DNA of 60,760 bases, filler included, from 4 parts of 4 records of this genome joined end to end with filler, not necessarily neighbours in it, one strand, 5' to 3'. Positions 48,470 through 58,500 are shown, numbered from the whole stretch's first letter. Notes: generated by a model from the letters alone, not told the origin. Made by a program: numbers and translations.

Positions 48470-49551
48470 ATCTCTACCGCTTCGATCAGCCGCGAGACGC
48501 GGACGTATTCGTCGGTGACATGTGGCTGGTCGACCTGTCCGGGACCAAGGATCATCACTGGCAGATCCGCCATCGCGGGTTTCAGTATCGACGCATCGGT
48601 GAAGTAGTTGACGCAATCGCGGCTGCTCTGATGCTCTGTCAAGGCACAGACGGTTCTTGTCGCGGCGGCAAACCAAGGCTGGTCCGGGTCGGTCCAGACG
48701 GCCGGCAAGTCGATGATGGTCTCAATCCGAACCGCAGGGTCGCACATGGCCGATACATCCGCGAGGAGGCGGGCATGCGCCACCCCTTCGACAGACCGTA
48801 AATCCACCGTCAATTCGCACAGGTCCGGGACCGAGTTGGTATTGATACCGGCCTGTATCGTTCCGACGTTGCATGTGGCAGCCCCCATGCGCGGATGCGC
48901 CAGGCCCGGCGCGTAGGCACAGAGGCGGGCCAGCGTTGACGCCATCCGTGCGATAGCGTTCTCTCCCAGATCCGGCGTGGCCCCGTGCGCAGTACGCCCC
49001 TGCGTCGAAAGCTTGAGCCACAACGCACCTTTATGTCCTGCCACGGGCTGATTGTCCGTGGACTCTCCGACGATCATCGCCTTGGCCCGAGGCAGGGTGT
49101 TTGCCTCGCGCAGCCACCTTGCACCGTCACACCCGGTTTCCTCGCCAGTGGTCAGGATTATGCAGGTCTTGATGTTCGTGGGTGTCTTTGCCGCCGCAAC
49201 CATAAAGGCCGCAATGCCCCCCTTCATGTCACTGCTGCCGCGGCCATACAGCCTGCCGTCGGTGACGTCGCCGGCATGAGGTGAATGTGTCCAAGGCGCA
49301 CGGCCAAGTGGCACTGTGTCGAGGTGGCCGCTGAAACACAAACTACCGTCATCGGTGTCGGTGGCACCGCGTGTTGCAATCAGACTGGCGCGCGCCTGAC
49401 CATGATCTGTCAGGCGACACTCAAATCCGATCTGGGCAAGCAGATCGGCGCAGAACCGCATCGCCTGTATTTCCTGACCCGGCGGGTTGACGGTATCAAA
49501 CGCCACGAGGCGTTGGGTCAGGGCGATGACATCTTGCAGGATCGGGTTCAC
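48439..49551 (-). CDS. M20-family amidohydrolase (ArgE/DapE/YlmB-like)
   Basis: SGHLDTVP, YGRGSSDMKGG, GEETG, VGEST, TDAS, PHVTDE; GTG start after GAGG. Confidence 0.9.
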   Translation of the reverse strand: MNPILQDVIALTQRLVAFDTVNPPGQEIQAMRFCADLLAQIGFECRLTDHGQARASLIATRGATDTDDGSLCFSGHLDTVPLGRAPWTHSPHAGDVTDGRLYGRGSSDMKGGIAAFMVAAAKTPTNIKTCIILTTGEETGCDGARWLREANTLPRAKAMIVGESTDNQPVAGHKGALWLKLSTQGRTAHGATPDLGENAIARMASTLARLCAYAPGLAHPRMGAATCNVGTIQAGINTNSVPDLCELTVDLRSVEGVAHARLLADVSAMCDPAVRIETIIDLPAVWTDPDQPWFAAATRTVCALTEHQSSRDCVNYFTDASILKPAMADLPVMILGPGQVDQPHVTDEYVRVSRLIEAVEIYAALIRASA

Positions 49552-49572
49552 GGATGGCCTCTTGTTCTGTGC

Positions 49573-49679
49573 AGGGGACGGCCTGCGAGCGGGCCATCGC
49601 GGTCCCGTCCCCTTCTGGAAACGCTACGGTTTTGGGTGCCGTAGGACGCCCGGTGGCTGGGTCACACGGCACCCAAAAC
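49573..49679 (-). other. Two long inverted repeats in the leader of the M20 gene
   Basis: AGGGGACGG..CCGTCCCCT (49573-49613) and GTTTTGGGTGCCGT..ACGGCACCCAAAAC (49629-49679). Confidence 0.6.
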
Positions 49680-49706
49680 GACATTAAAGGCCCACACACG
49701 ACTAGG

Positions 49707-49718
49707 TAAACCGGTTTA
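49707..49718. promoter_or_regulatory. LacI-family operator upstream of the M20 gene
   Basis: Perfect palindrome TAAACCGGTTTA, same motif as at 40312-40339. Confidence 0.7.
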
Positions 49719-49721
49719 TAA

Positions 49722-50262
49722 GGGACTGTTGCGTTAACCGGCGAAATTTTGCGATTATTGTTGTGAAGGGGGCGTTATGCCAAGTAAACATCCATTCAGG
49801 CGTTATCGGTTTCCGGCAGTGATCATTTTGTGCGCCGTTCGAATGTATTTGCGATACCCGCTTTCATACCAAGATGTGGCTGATCTTCTCGCTGAGCGTG
49901 GTCTCTACGTTGATCGTTCGACAGTTTTTCGTTGGGTTCAGAAGTTTGGTCCCGAATTGTCCAAACGGACAGAACAGCATTTGCGTCGGTCAAGCCAGGA
50001 CTGGCATGTTGACGAGACCTATATCCGGGTAGGTGGCAAGTGGCGTTACTTATGGCGTGCGATTGATGCGTACGGGCAGCTGGTGGATTTTAGGTTGACT
50101 GCCCAACGCGATGCAAAAGCCGCTAAGGCCTTTTTAAACAAGGCCATCGAGCGGGTACGCCTGCATCGTCCTGTATCAATCTGCACCGACAAAGCCCCCA
50201 CTTACCGTAAGGTGATCCGCGAAATAAACCACCGGTATGGCCCCCATTTCGATTACATCACC
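49722..50262 (+). mobile_element. Truncated IS6-family element (second type)
   Basis: IR GGGACTGTTGCGTTAA at 49722; transposase from 49777 with YRFP, WVQKF, WHVDETY, YLWRAID, TDKAPTY; lacks the NN-x-IE-x-DH third catalytic motif. Confidence 0.88.
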
Positions 50263-50388
50263 GGCATCGACAACTTATCGGATTTTGCCGAGAAGGAGCC
50301 CCACAGCCCTGGTCAAGCGGCCTTCAACTCACATGTGATGTCGTCCCGAATGCTGTGAGCATCTGAGCGAGATTGTCGATAGGCAGGG
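50263..50388 (-). mobile_element. IS6-family element, right end and transposase C-terminus (enters from the contig end)
   Basis: Minus strand reads PAYRQSRSDAHSIRDDITCELKAA* (stop 50313-50315), resembling IS6 C-termini; IR-like GGCATCGACAACTTA starts at 50263 where the other transposase breaks. Confidence 0.65.
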
Positions 50389-50488
50389 NNNNNNNNNNNN
50401 NNNNNNNNNNNNNNNNNNNNNNNNNNNNNNNNTTAATTAATTAANNNNNNNNNNNNNNNNNNNNNNNNNNNNNNNNNNNNNNNNNNNN
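50389..50488. other. Artificial contig linker
   Basis: 44 N + TTAATTAATTAA + 44 N. Confidence 0.98.
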
Positions 50489-50881
50489 GAAGCGCTCGAA
50501 GGCGCGGAGATCAACGACGCCAAGAAGATCCTCGCCGACGAGGCAACCCGACTGTGCCGGGGCGCGGACGCCGCGACGGAAGCCCGCAAAACGGCGGAAA
50601 CCACGTTCGAGCAGGGCGGTATGGGCGAGACCCTGCCCAGCGTCGACGTCGCACGCGCCGATATCGACGCCGGGATCGGCGTCCTCACCCTGTTCACGCT
50701 GGCCGGGCTTGCGTCTTCAAACGGCGAAGCCCGTCGCCTGATCAAGGGCGGCGGTGCGAAGATCAACGACACGGCCGTCAGCGATGAACGGGCCAGCATC
50801 GGCCTTGATGCCCTGAACGCCGACGGCGTCATCAAGCTATCGGCAGGCAAAAAACGTCACGCGCTGATCAGGCCGGTTTAG
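50489..50881 (+). CDS. tyrS: Tyrosine-tRNA ligase, C-terminal part
   Basis: EINDAKKILADEAT, S4-like SNGEARRLIKGGGAKIND, KLSAGKKRHALI. Confidence 0.9.
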   Translation, partial: EALEGAEINDAKKILADEATRLCRGADAATEARKTAETTFEQGGMGETLPSVDVARADIDAGIGVLTLFTLAGLASSNGEARRLIKGGGAKINDTAVSDERASIGLDALNADGVIKLSAGKKRHALIRPV

Positions 50882-51020
50882 AAACCCGGCCTTGAACCGG
50901 TCGTCACGGCCCGCCTGCTTTCAACCAACACTATCGCCAAGGAATACCGTGTTGACACCGATAACCGGCAATGTAGACGATTGCGCTTCAGACTTTTGAC
51001 AGGGGTGGAGTGCCAGTTTT

Positions 51021-51950
51021 TTGAAAAAAATGTTCCCAGTAATCAACTGGTGTTTCGTGGTTGGCCTTCTCGTCGTGACCTTGGCCGCTGAACTTGGTTC
51101 TCATGCATGGTGGCTGGATTTATTTACCCACTTTCACTTCCATCTTCTTGCCGCATCCATCGTTTTGGCGGTGAGTTCAATGTTCGTTTCCCGAGTATCT
51201 GTCTTCCTGTGCATCATCCCGATAATCATTCATGCGGTTACACTTTATCCGTATTCAATTAAACAAAGCCCGCGTGTAGATAATCCTGACCTTCGCATAT
51301 TGGGATGGAATATATACCACCCCAATACTCGGCACGATGAAGCGCTTACATATATCAAGGACGTAAATGCCGATTTGCTGGTCCTGGCCGAGACGACGCC
51401 TGAGTGGCTCCATGCTTTAAAACCTCTGAGCCAAATATATCCGTATATTGAAAACGCCCCTGACTGCGATTCCATCGGATGTGGAATGACGGTCATGTCA
51501 AAGTTCCCTTTTGAATATTCTGAGAAAAAGAAACTTGCCCATGATACGCCGCCCGTCATCGCCGTCACAGTGAAGCTGCCAGGGCAAGAGAAAATCCTGA
51601 GTGTTTTCGGCTTACATATCCGCAAAGCCATTACGCCCTTTGGTGCCGCACAACAATTGGAACAGATCCATAATCTTGGCCAATACATGGGAAAGTTCGC
51701 AGGCCCAAAAATAATTATTGGGGATTTTAATTCTGCGCCGCCTTCAAATACGTTTCACCGCATTCTTGAGGCGACGAAAACCGACCTCGCTGATTACAGG
51801 CGACGTGCGACATGGATGCCCGTTTTCGGCCCATTCGGACTGGCCATCGATCATGCCCTGGTCACCAACGGCGTGAAGGCAAGCTTAACCACTGGGTTAG
51901 CTTGGGGTTCTGATCATCTGCCCATATTGGTGGCAGTGCGTTTGGATTAA
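51021..51950 (+). CDS. Membrane-anchored endonuclease/exonuclease/phosphatase (EEP) protein
   Basis: Three N-terminal TM segments; WNIY, LAE, GDFN, IDHAL, SDHLP. Confidence 0.85.
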   Translation: MKKMFPVINWCFVVGLLVVTLAAELGSHAWWLDLFTHFHFHLLAASIVLAVSSMFVSRVSVFLCIIPIIIHAVTLYPYSIKQSPRVDNPDLRILGWNIYHPNTRHDEALTYIKDVNADLLVLAETTPEWLHALKPLSQIYPYIENAPDCDSIGCGMTVMSKFPFEYSEKKKLAHDTPPVIAVTVKLPGQEKILSVFGLHIRKAITPFGAAQQLEQIHNLGQYMGKFAGPKIIIGDFNSAPPSNTFHRILEATKTDLADYRRRATWMPVFGPFGLAIDHALVTNGVKASLTTGLAWGSDHLPILVAVRLD

Positions 51951-52052
51951 CGCGTCCTTGAGCACACTATTCAAGTAGCTACAAATGCGCACAAAACGCA
52001 GGCCATTGTGTATCCACAAGGGATAAATACGACACATCGGCTCAGGGCTTTA

Positions 52053-55000
52053 TCAGCGGGTGACGGTGGGGCTGCCGAGCAATGAAGGCTTCTCTTCATC
52101 CGCCTTGAACGCACCGAACAGATTTCGGAGGATCCCCGGGGTCAGCGCCGACAGCGGATTGACCGTCGTCCTGGGGTCTTCCACCGGTCCCGAAATCGAG
52201 AAATTGGCGGCAAAGACCCCGCCGCCGTCTTCATTGCCGGTCAGAATATTGCCGAGCAGCGGAATTTTCCCGAGCAGTGAATTGATGGCATAAGCCGGCA
52301 CCACGGTGCCTTCGATGTTGACCACATCGGCATGGGTATAGACTGTACCCGACGCCGTGAACCCGATCGAGGTGCCGGTCGCCTTGGCTTCGCTGATCTG
52401 CACCTCGCCGTCGGTATACTTGAACGGCACATCCAGTTCGGCAAAGTTCAAGCCTTCGCCGGTCAACGCGTCAACGATCCCCGTCAAGGCCATGATCGAA
52501 AGGACCCGGGTCAACAGCGGCGCATTGCGAACCCGGTAATTGACGACACGCAACTTGCCATCAAGCGGTCTCAGCGGCGCTGCGTCGTCATAACGGCCGC
52601 GCACTTCAAGCTGCCCGCCGTGCAGATTTTCAAACAGATCGAAGAACCGGAGCGTATCGCCCGCATTTTCTGCCTTCACGACCAGCAGGCGGTTGCCGGC
52701 CAGATCAGGCGCCAGGTTGATGTTGAGGTTCGGCCCGCCATTGAGTTTGCTGTCCAGCAGTGCCGTGCGCCAGATCCCGCGCTGGTGCACGAACGTGCCG
52801 GACACGCCGGACAGGAATTTGCTGGGCTCGACCCACATCTTGTCGAGTTCAACGGCGATTGTCAGGTCCGGCAGCGTCAGGTCGTCCTGCCCCGGACGGT
52901 CGCCCATCAGCCGTTTCCACAGCGGTGAGAATTCAAGTTCGCTGCCCTGCAGGCCGAGTTCCCAGCCGCCGTCCGGACGCGAAATCACGGCCCCCGACAC
53001 GTTGGTCCGCCCGAACAGCACCTGTTTCAGATTGACCCGTTCAAGCCCCAGACCGGCAGGCGCGTATTTGACGTCACCTTTGACCGACAGATCGCCGGCA
53101 ACGACGTTGAAACTGGGTACGCTTTTTACCAGCCCGTTTTCCAGCAGGATCGTCACATCGACCCAGCCGGCATCACCGGCGGCCTTGCGCCATTCCATCA
53201 CCGGCACACGCAATTCGGCACGCGCCAGATTGGCGTTGACCTCAACCCGGCCACGTCGTCCGTCAAACACCGTATAGCGCACCGTGGCATCGACCCCGCC
53301 CGACACAAAATCACCTGCCGGTCCCGGATCGACACCCAGATCACGGACATTGGAAAGATCGTCGATCTTGGCCGCCAGCAGGTACTGCGAACGATAAGGC
53401 GCTCGGGCGCTGAAGTTCTGGTTCCAGACCAGCGCCACCGGCACCTGCCCCATCAGCACATTGCCATCAACGTCCATTTTTTCGGTATCGACGGTGAGCT
53501 TCAGGTTACCGTCGCGGATGCCCCGGCCCAGCACCACGTTCTCCATGGCAACTTTCGTCAGGTCCGCCTCGGCCTTGACCTTGACATCTTCCACCGCGAG
53601 ATCCTTGGCCAGCAGGAAGTAGAGACTGAGATTGACCTTGGCGTCCCCGCTGGTGCTTTTCGGGTCGATCTTCATTGCGCTGGCAAACTCGAACGGTTTG
53701 CGTTCGATCAGCTCCAGCGCATCACGTACCGGCGCCTCGGCATGGAGATTGATGTCGATGTACTGATCGACGTCTTGAAGACCGGTAATATGGATCACCG
53801 CACCGGCAATATTGATAGGGCCGCTTTTGCCGCGTTCGACAGCAATATCGAACGTGTTTTCGTCGAACGACATCAGGGCATGGACGTCATTCACGACCGG
53901 CATGCCTTCGAGGTATGTCACATCGACGCCTTCGGCGTTCATGGTGCCGTCCATATTGTCGAGTATGAATGCGCCGTCCTGCTGAATCCTCAGCGACAGC
54001 TCGGCATCCGCGCGCACCATGCGGCCGTTCCGCAGATGACCGGTCACCCAACTGTGGGCATCACGGCCCAGCGCTGCCGGCCAGTAGGTTGCCAACTGTT
54101 CGACGTTCACATCGGCCAGCGTGGTTTCCGCCTGAACCTTGATTTCCGCCTCGCCGATCCCCGTCGCCTGGGCTTTCATTTCGAAAATCGGCCCGTTCAG
54201 GTTGAGACTGAGCCGCTGGATATCCATGCTGCCCGCCTTCAGGTCGAGTTTGCCGGCGCCAGAAATGCTGACCAGCGGCAGCGCATGGCCAATCGGCGCC
54301 GGAACATTCAGCATCGAATTTTCCGCCAGCGTGATCTCTGCGTTATCCAGCGTCACGGAACCGTTACGTCTGCTGTATATGCCGTCGAAGGCTACGTTTT
54401 CGACGTTGAGTTCCTGATCGAACGGCGCCGGAAGCTTGAGCGTGCCTTCATCACCGGCAACATGGAACCCGATGGTATTGATACCGTCGTCGAGGGAAGT
54501 GCCGATGATCAGCTGCCCGCTGAGCGGCATGTTGACGGCCTGCAACGCGGTAAATTTCGGGTCCAGCGAGGCGAATGACGCCGGAGAAATTTCCGCGAAC
54601 GAGGCGGTCAGATCAAGCCGCCGCTCCTCGTTCTGATACGAACCGTGAAGCGAGATGTTGGCGACACGGTTTTCGACATCGATTTGCAACGAGCCTTCGG
54701 CAAGCAGACCGTGCGGCGCCCGGTTCAGAACGAGATAACCGACAGGTGCCTGCCACACCTTGTCGGTCAGACGGTCATCAAGGGTCATGGTGGCGCCGCT
54801 GATGCGGACGGTCTCCAGATAGCTCATCGGCGATCCGGGGTCCGGTTTTCGGAGCAGCCAGCCGAGCAGCCCCGTCGCAAACCGCTCGTCCGCTGCACCG
54901 CTTTCAGCCGCGACTTCGATACCGAGGCCGCCGTCGATTTCGCGGCGGACGCGAATCTCGGGGCCGAGAAGTCCGATGAACTTGGGGGCCAGTTTGCCGC

Positions 55001-55325
55001 GAATCAACGCCCTGCCGCTCAGCGACATGGACAATTCGGGAATACGGGCCTGCGCCGCACCGTTGTCGCCAATGGCGCGCACATTCTTGACCCTGAGTTC
55101 GATGGCCCGGTCCCAGCCGGCCCAGGTCAGCGTGGTATCATCGATGGCAAGGCGAAAGCTGCGGTGACCGCTGTTCAGCGCTCGCTCGACATAGGGCGTC
55201 AGGAAAGAGAGGGAAACCGGCCCCTTTTGCAGTTGCCACGCAATCAGGAGCGTAATGATCGCCAGTCCCGCGCAGAGACCGCCGATCAGTTGTACGACAC
55301 CGATAAATGTCCGTTTGAAAATCAA
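52053..55325 (-). CDS. AsmA-like / YhdP-family (DUF3971) envelope bridge protein
   Basis: N-terminal TM then GPVSL, YWP...WV motif, C-terminal GTVVPAYAINSLLGKIP...VNPLSALTPG; divergent from glnE. Confidence 0.82.
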   Translation of the reverse strand: MIFKRTFIGVVQLIGGLCAGLAIITLLIAWQLQKGPVSLSFLTPYVERALNSGHRSFRLAIDDTTLTWAGWDRAIELRVKNVRAIGDNGAAQARIPELSMSLSGRALIRGKLAPKFIGLLGPEIRVRREIDGGLGIEVAAESGAADERFATGLLGWLLRKPDPGSPMSYLETVRISGATMTLDDRLTDKVWQAPVGYLVLNRAPHGLLAEGSLQIDVENRVANISLHGSYQNEERRLDLTASFAEISPASFASLDPKFTALQAVNMPLSGQLIIGTSLDDGINTIGFHVAGDEGTLKLPAPFDQELNVENVAFDGIYSRRNGSVTLDNAEITLAENSMLNVPAPIGHALPLVSISGAGKLDLKAGSMDIQRLSLNLNGPIFEMKAQATGIGEAEIKVQAETTLADVNVEQLATYWPAALGRDAHSWVTGHLRNGRMVRADAELSLRIQQDGAFILDNMDGTMNAEGVDVTYLEGMPVVNDVHALMSFDENTFDIAVERGKSGPINIAGAVIHITGLQDVDQYIDINLHAEAPVRDALELIERKPFEFASAMKIDPKSTSGDAKVNLSLYFLLAKDLAVEDVKVKAEADLTKVAMENVVLGRGIRDGNLKLTVDTEKMDVDGNVLMGQVPVALVWNQNFSARAPYRSQYLLAAKIDDLSNVRDLGVDPGPAGDFVSGGVDATVRYTVFDGRRGRVEVNANLARAELRVPVMEWRKAAGDAGWVDVTILLENGLVKSVPSFNVVAGDLSVKGDVKYAPAGLGLERVNLKQVLFGRTNVSGAVISRPDGGWELGLQGSELEFSPLWKRLMGDRPGQDDLTLPDLTIAVELDKMWVEPSKFLSGVSGTFVHQRGIWRTALLDSKLNGGPNLNINLAPDLAGNRLLVVKAENAGDTLRFFDLFENLHGGQLEVRGRYDDAAPLRPLDGKLRVVNYRVRNAPLLTRVLSIMALTGIVDALTGEGLNFAELDVPFKYTDGEVQISEAKATGTSIGFTASGTVYTHADVVNIEGTVVPAYAINSLLGKIPLLGNILTGNEDGGGVFAANFSISGPVEDPRTTVNPLSALTPGILRNLFGAFKADEEKPSLLGSPTVTR

Positions 55326-55565
55326 CGTCTTGTATATTCCGCCAAAACATCAAACTGACCGGGCAATCCAGCCGAATTGATGTCTTTATTATGCATAGCC
55401 TCCACTTAACACCGAGTAAACCGGGGATTGAGTCGAACACTGGGCCGATTTCCGGCAATTTCAGACGGATTCCGCGGCATCGGGTCCAACCGGCCGGGTT
55501 ATTCATCCCAAAGGCGGTTTGCAGCCCTTTTTCCCGGCCCCGTCGAGTGACATATTGATGCTATC

Positions 55566-58500
55566 ATGAGCACCGCATTCAGCATCAATACGCAGGGATT
55601 GCCGATCCCCACCAACAGCGAAGCCGCCCACCGCGGTTTCGATGATTTCATTCAAAGCTGCAACGATGCCCGTGACACCGATCCGGCCCTGATTGACGCC
55701 GCCCTCGACTTTGCCCATGCGCCGGACGGCAAACAGTTGTTGAACGGCGTCTTTGCCGACAGTCCGTATCTGGCCCAGTCGCTGATCCGCGAACCGGCAT
55801 GGGTTGGCCGCCTTGTCACCGAAGGTGCCGATGCGCTGAGCCGGGAAATCATCGAACACACGAAGACCGGGACAGCCGGGCTGACGGACGAAGCGCAGAT
55901 CATGCATGCGCTCCGGGTCGGCAAGCGCCGCCTCGCGCTGACGGTGGCACTGGCCGATATTGCCGGACAGTGGACATTGTACCAGGTGACCGAGGCGCTA
56001 TCTAATTACGCAGACGCAGCGGCGGGTGCGGCGGCCAGTTACGTGATCCGCCGCGCTGCCGAGCGCGGTGCATTCCGGCTTAAACACCCCGACGATCCGC
56101 AAAAGGAATCAGGGTTCATTATCATCGGCATGGGCAAGCTCGGCGCCCGAGAGCTGAATTATTCCAGCGACATCGACCTGATCTGTCTTTACGACAACGA
56201 CGTCATCGACACCGACGATCATGACGGCCTGCAACAGCATGCCATCCGCATGACCCGGACCCTGGCCAAGATCATCGATGAGCGCACCCAGGACGGATAT
56301 GTGTTCCGCGTCGATCTGCGGCTCAGGCCCGATCCCGGTTCGACACCGCTGGCGATATCCGTGCTCGCGGCGGAAACCTATTACGAAAGCCTTGGCCAGA
56401 ACTGGGAACGTGCGGCAATGATCAAGGCCCGGCCGATTGCCGGCGACATCGCGGCCGGGGAAAATTTCCTGCAGCACCTGCGGCCTTTCGTGTGGCGCAA
56501 GAGCCTCGACTTTGCCGCCATTCAGGACATCCATTCGATCAAGCGGCAGATACACGCCCACAAGGGCGGTGGTGAAGTCGCGATCAACGGCCATAACATC
56601 AAGACCGGCCGGGGCGGCATCCGCGAGATCGAATTCTTCGCGCAGACCCAGCAGCTGATCTGGGGCGGACGCGAGCCGTCGGTGCGCACCAGCCGCACCA
56701 TCGACGCCATTCGCCGACTGGTCGATCTGGGCATCGTCGAGGACGAGGCTGCGGAAACACTGAACGCCGCCTATGAATTCCTGAGGCGTGTCGAACACCG
56801 TCTGCAGATGCTGCGGGATGAACAGACCCAGAAGCTGCCTGACGACGACGACGCCATTGCCGATCTGGCGGCGTTCTGCGGCTATGCGGAAGCAGACACA
56901 TTCCGCGCCGATCTTCTGCAGCATCTGGAAAGCGTTCAGGCCCGCTATGGCGCACTGTTCGAGGATGCCCCGGCGCTGACTGCGGAAAACGGCCACGCCG
57001 GCAATCTGGCCTTCACTGGCGCCGAGAGTGATCCGGAAACCCTGAACACCCTGTCGCGTTTCGGCTTCAACGACCCGGCCCTGATCGACAAGTCGATCCG
57101 CGCCTGGCATCACGGCCGCATTCGCGCCACCCGCTCGACCCGGGCCCGGGAACTGCTGACCGAACTGACCCCTGCCCTGCTGACGGCGATCGGCAAGCAG
57201 CCGGACCCGGACGCCACGTTCATCCGCTTCGATGCCTTCGTCTCCGGGCTGCCGGCGGGGGTTCAGTTGTTCACGATGTTCCAGGCCTATCCCGACCTGT
57301 TGCAGCTGCTGTCCGAGATCATGGGCGAAGCGCCCCGGCTGGCGGATCATCTGAGCCGCCGCCCGACCCTGCTGGACAGTGTGCTCAGCGCCGACTTCTA
57401 CGACCCGCTGCCGGATGCGGCTGCGCTCCGGACTGATTGTGCCGAAGCGCTGACCGATGTGATGTTCTTCGAAGACATCCTCGACGCAACCCGGCGCTGG
57501 AACAACGACCGTCGATTCCAGATCGGCATTCAGCTGTTGCGGGGGGTCATCGATCCCGGCACGGCGGCCCGCTGTTTCAGCGACATCGCGGATGCCGTCC
57601 TGCAGACCCTGATCCCGGAAGTCATCCGCGAGTTTGAAACCAATCACGGCGTGATCGAGGGCGGCGCCTTCTGTGTACTGGCGATGGGCAAGCTCGGCTC
57701 AAGAGAGCTGACACCGGCCAGCGATCTGGACCTGATCTTCATATACAACGCCGGCGCGGACGTCAGCCAGTCCGACGGCAAACGCCCGCTCGCGGTGTCT
57801 CAATACTTCAGCCGGCTGGGCCAGCGCATCATTAATGCCGTCATGTCCATGACAGCCGAAGGCACGCTGTATGAAATCGACATGCGGCTGAGACCGAGCG
57901 GCAACAAGGGACCGGTCGCCACCTCGCTCGACGGATTTGAACGATACTACGCGGAAACCGCCTGGACGTGGGAATTCATGGCTCTGGTGCGTGCCCGGGC
58001 GATCTTCGATACCGGCGGCATCGCCGGCAAGGTTGAAGACATCATCAAGAAATCGCTGACCAGGCCCCGTGATGCGGCAACGGCAGCTGCGGAAGTCTCC
58101 AGCATGCGCGGGCGCATCGAAAAGCATTTCGGGACCGACTGCATCTGGTCGATCAAACAGGTTGCCGGCGGTCAGGTCGATGTGGATTTCCTGGCCCAGT
58201 ACCTGGTGCTTGCACATGCCGCCGCGCACCCGGACATCATCTCTGCGGATGCGTCCAGCGTCTTTGAGACAGCCGCCGGCAAGGGCCTGATCGATGCCGC
58301 GGATGGGGCCGCGCTGGCCGAAGCCAAATCCCTGTACCGCAGCCTGCAGACTTTTCTGGCATTGACCATCGAGGGCGATCTGACGGATGCGAAAGTCGCG
58401 GCTTTTTCCGAGCCACTGCGCGAGGACCTGATGGAAATCACCGGGACGTCCTCGTTCGATGAACTCTCGGACCGGCTGCGGAAGACGGAAACCGGTGTCA

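Noticed and set aside
49629-49679. Possible TPP riboswitch (GGGTGCC near a tenA gene)
   Set aside because: No CTGAGA or CCTGA..TAA core motifs on either strand
49496-49699. 67-aa ORF as a leader peptide for the M20 gene
   Set aside because: No clear RBS, no telling residue run, and it overlaps the M20 start out of frame
56109-57647. 512-aa antisense ORF within glnE, and similar long ones opposite tynA, btpA and pfkB
   Set aside because: Shadow ORFs expected from GC-rich codon bias; no recognisable motifs
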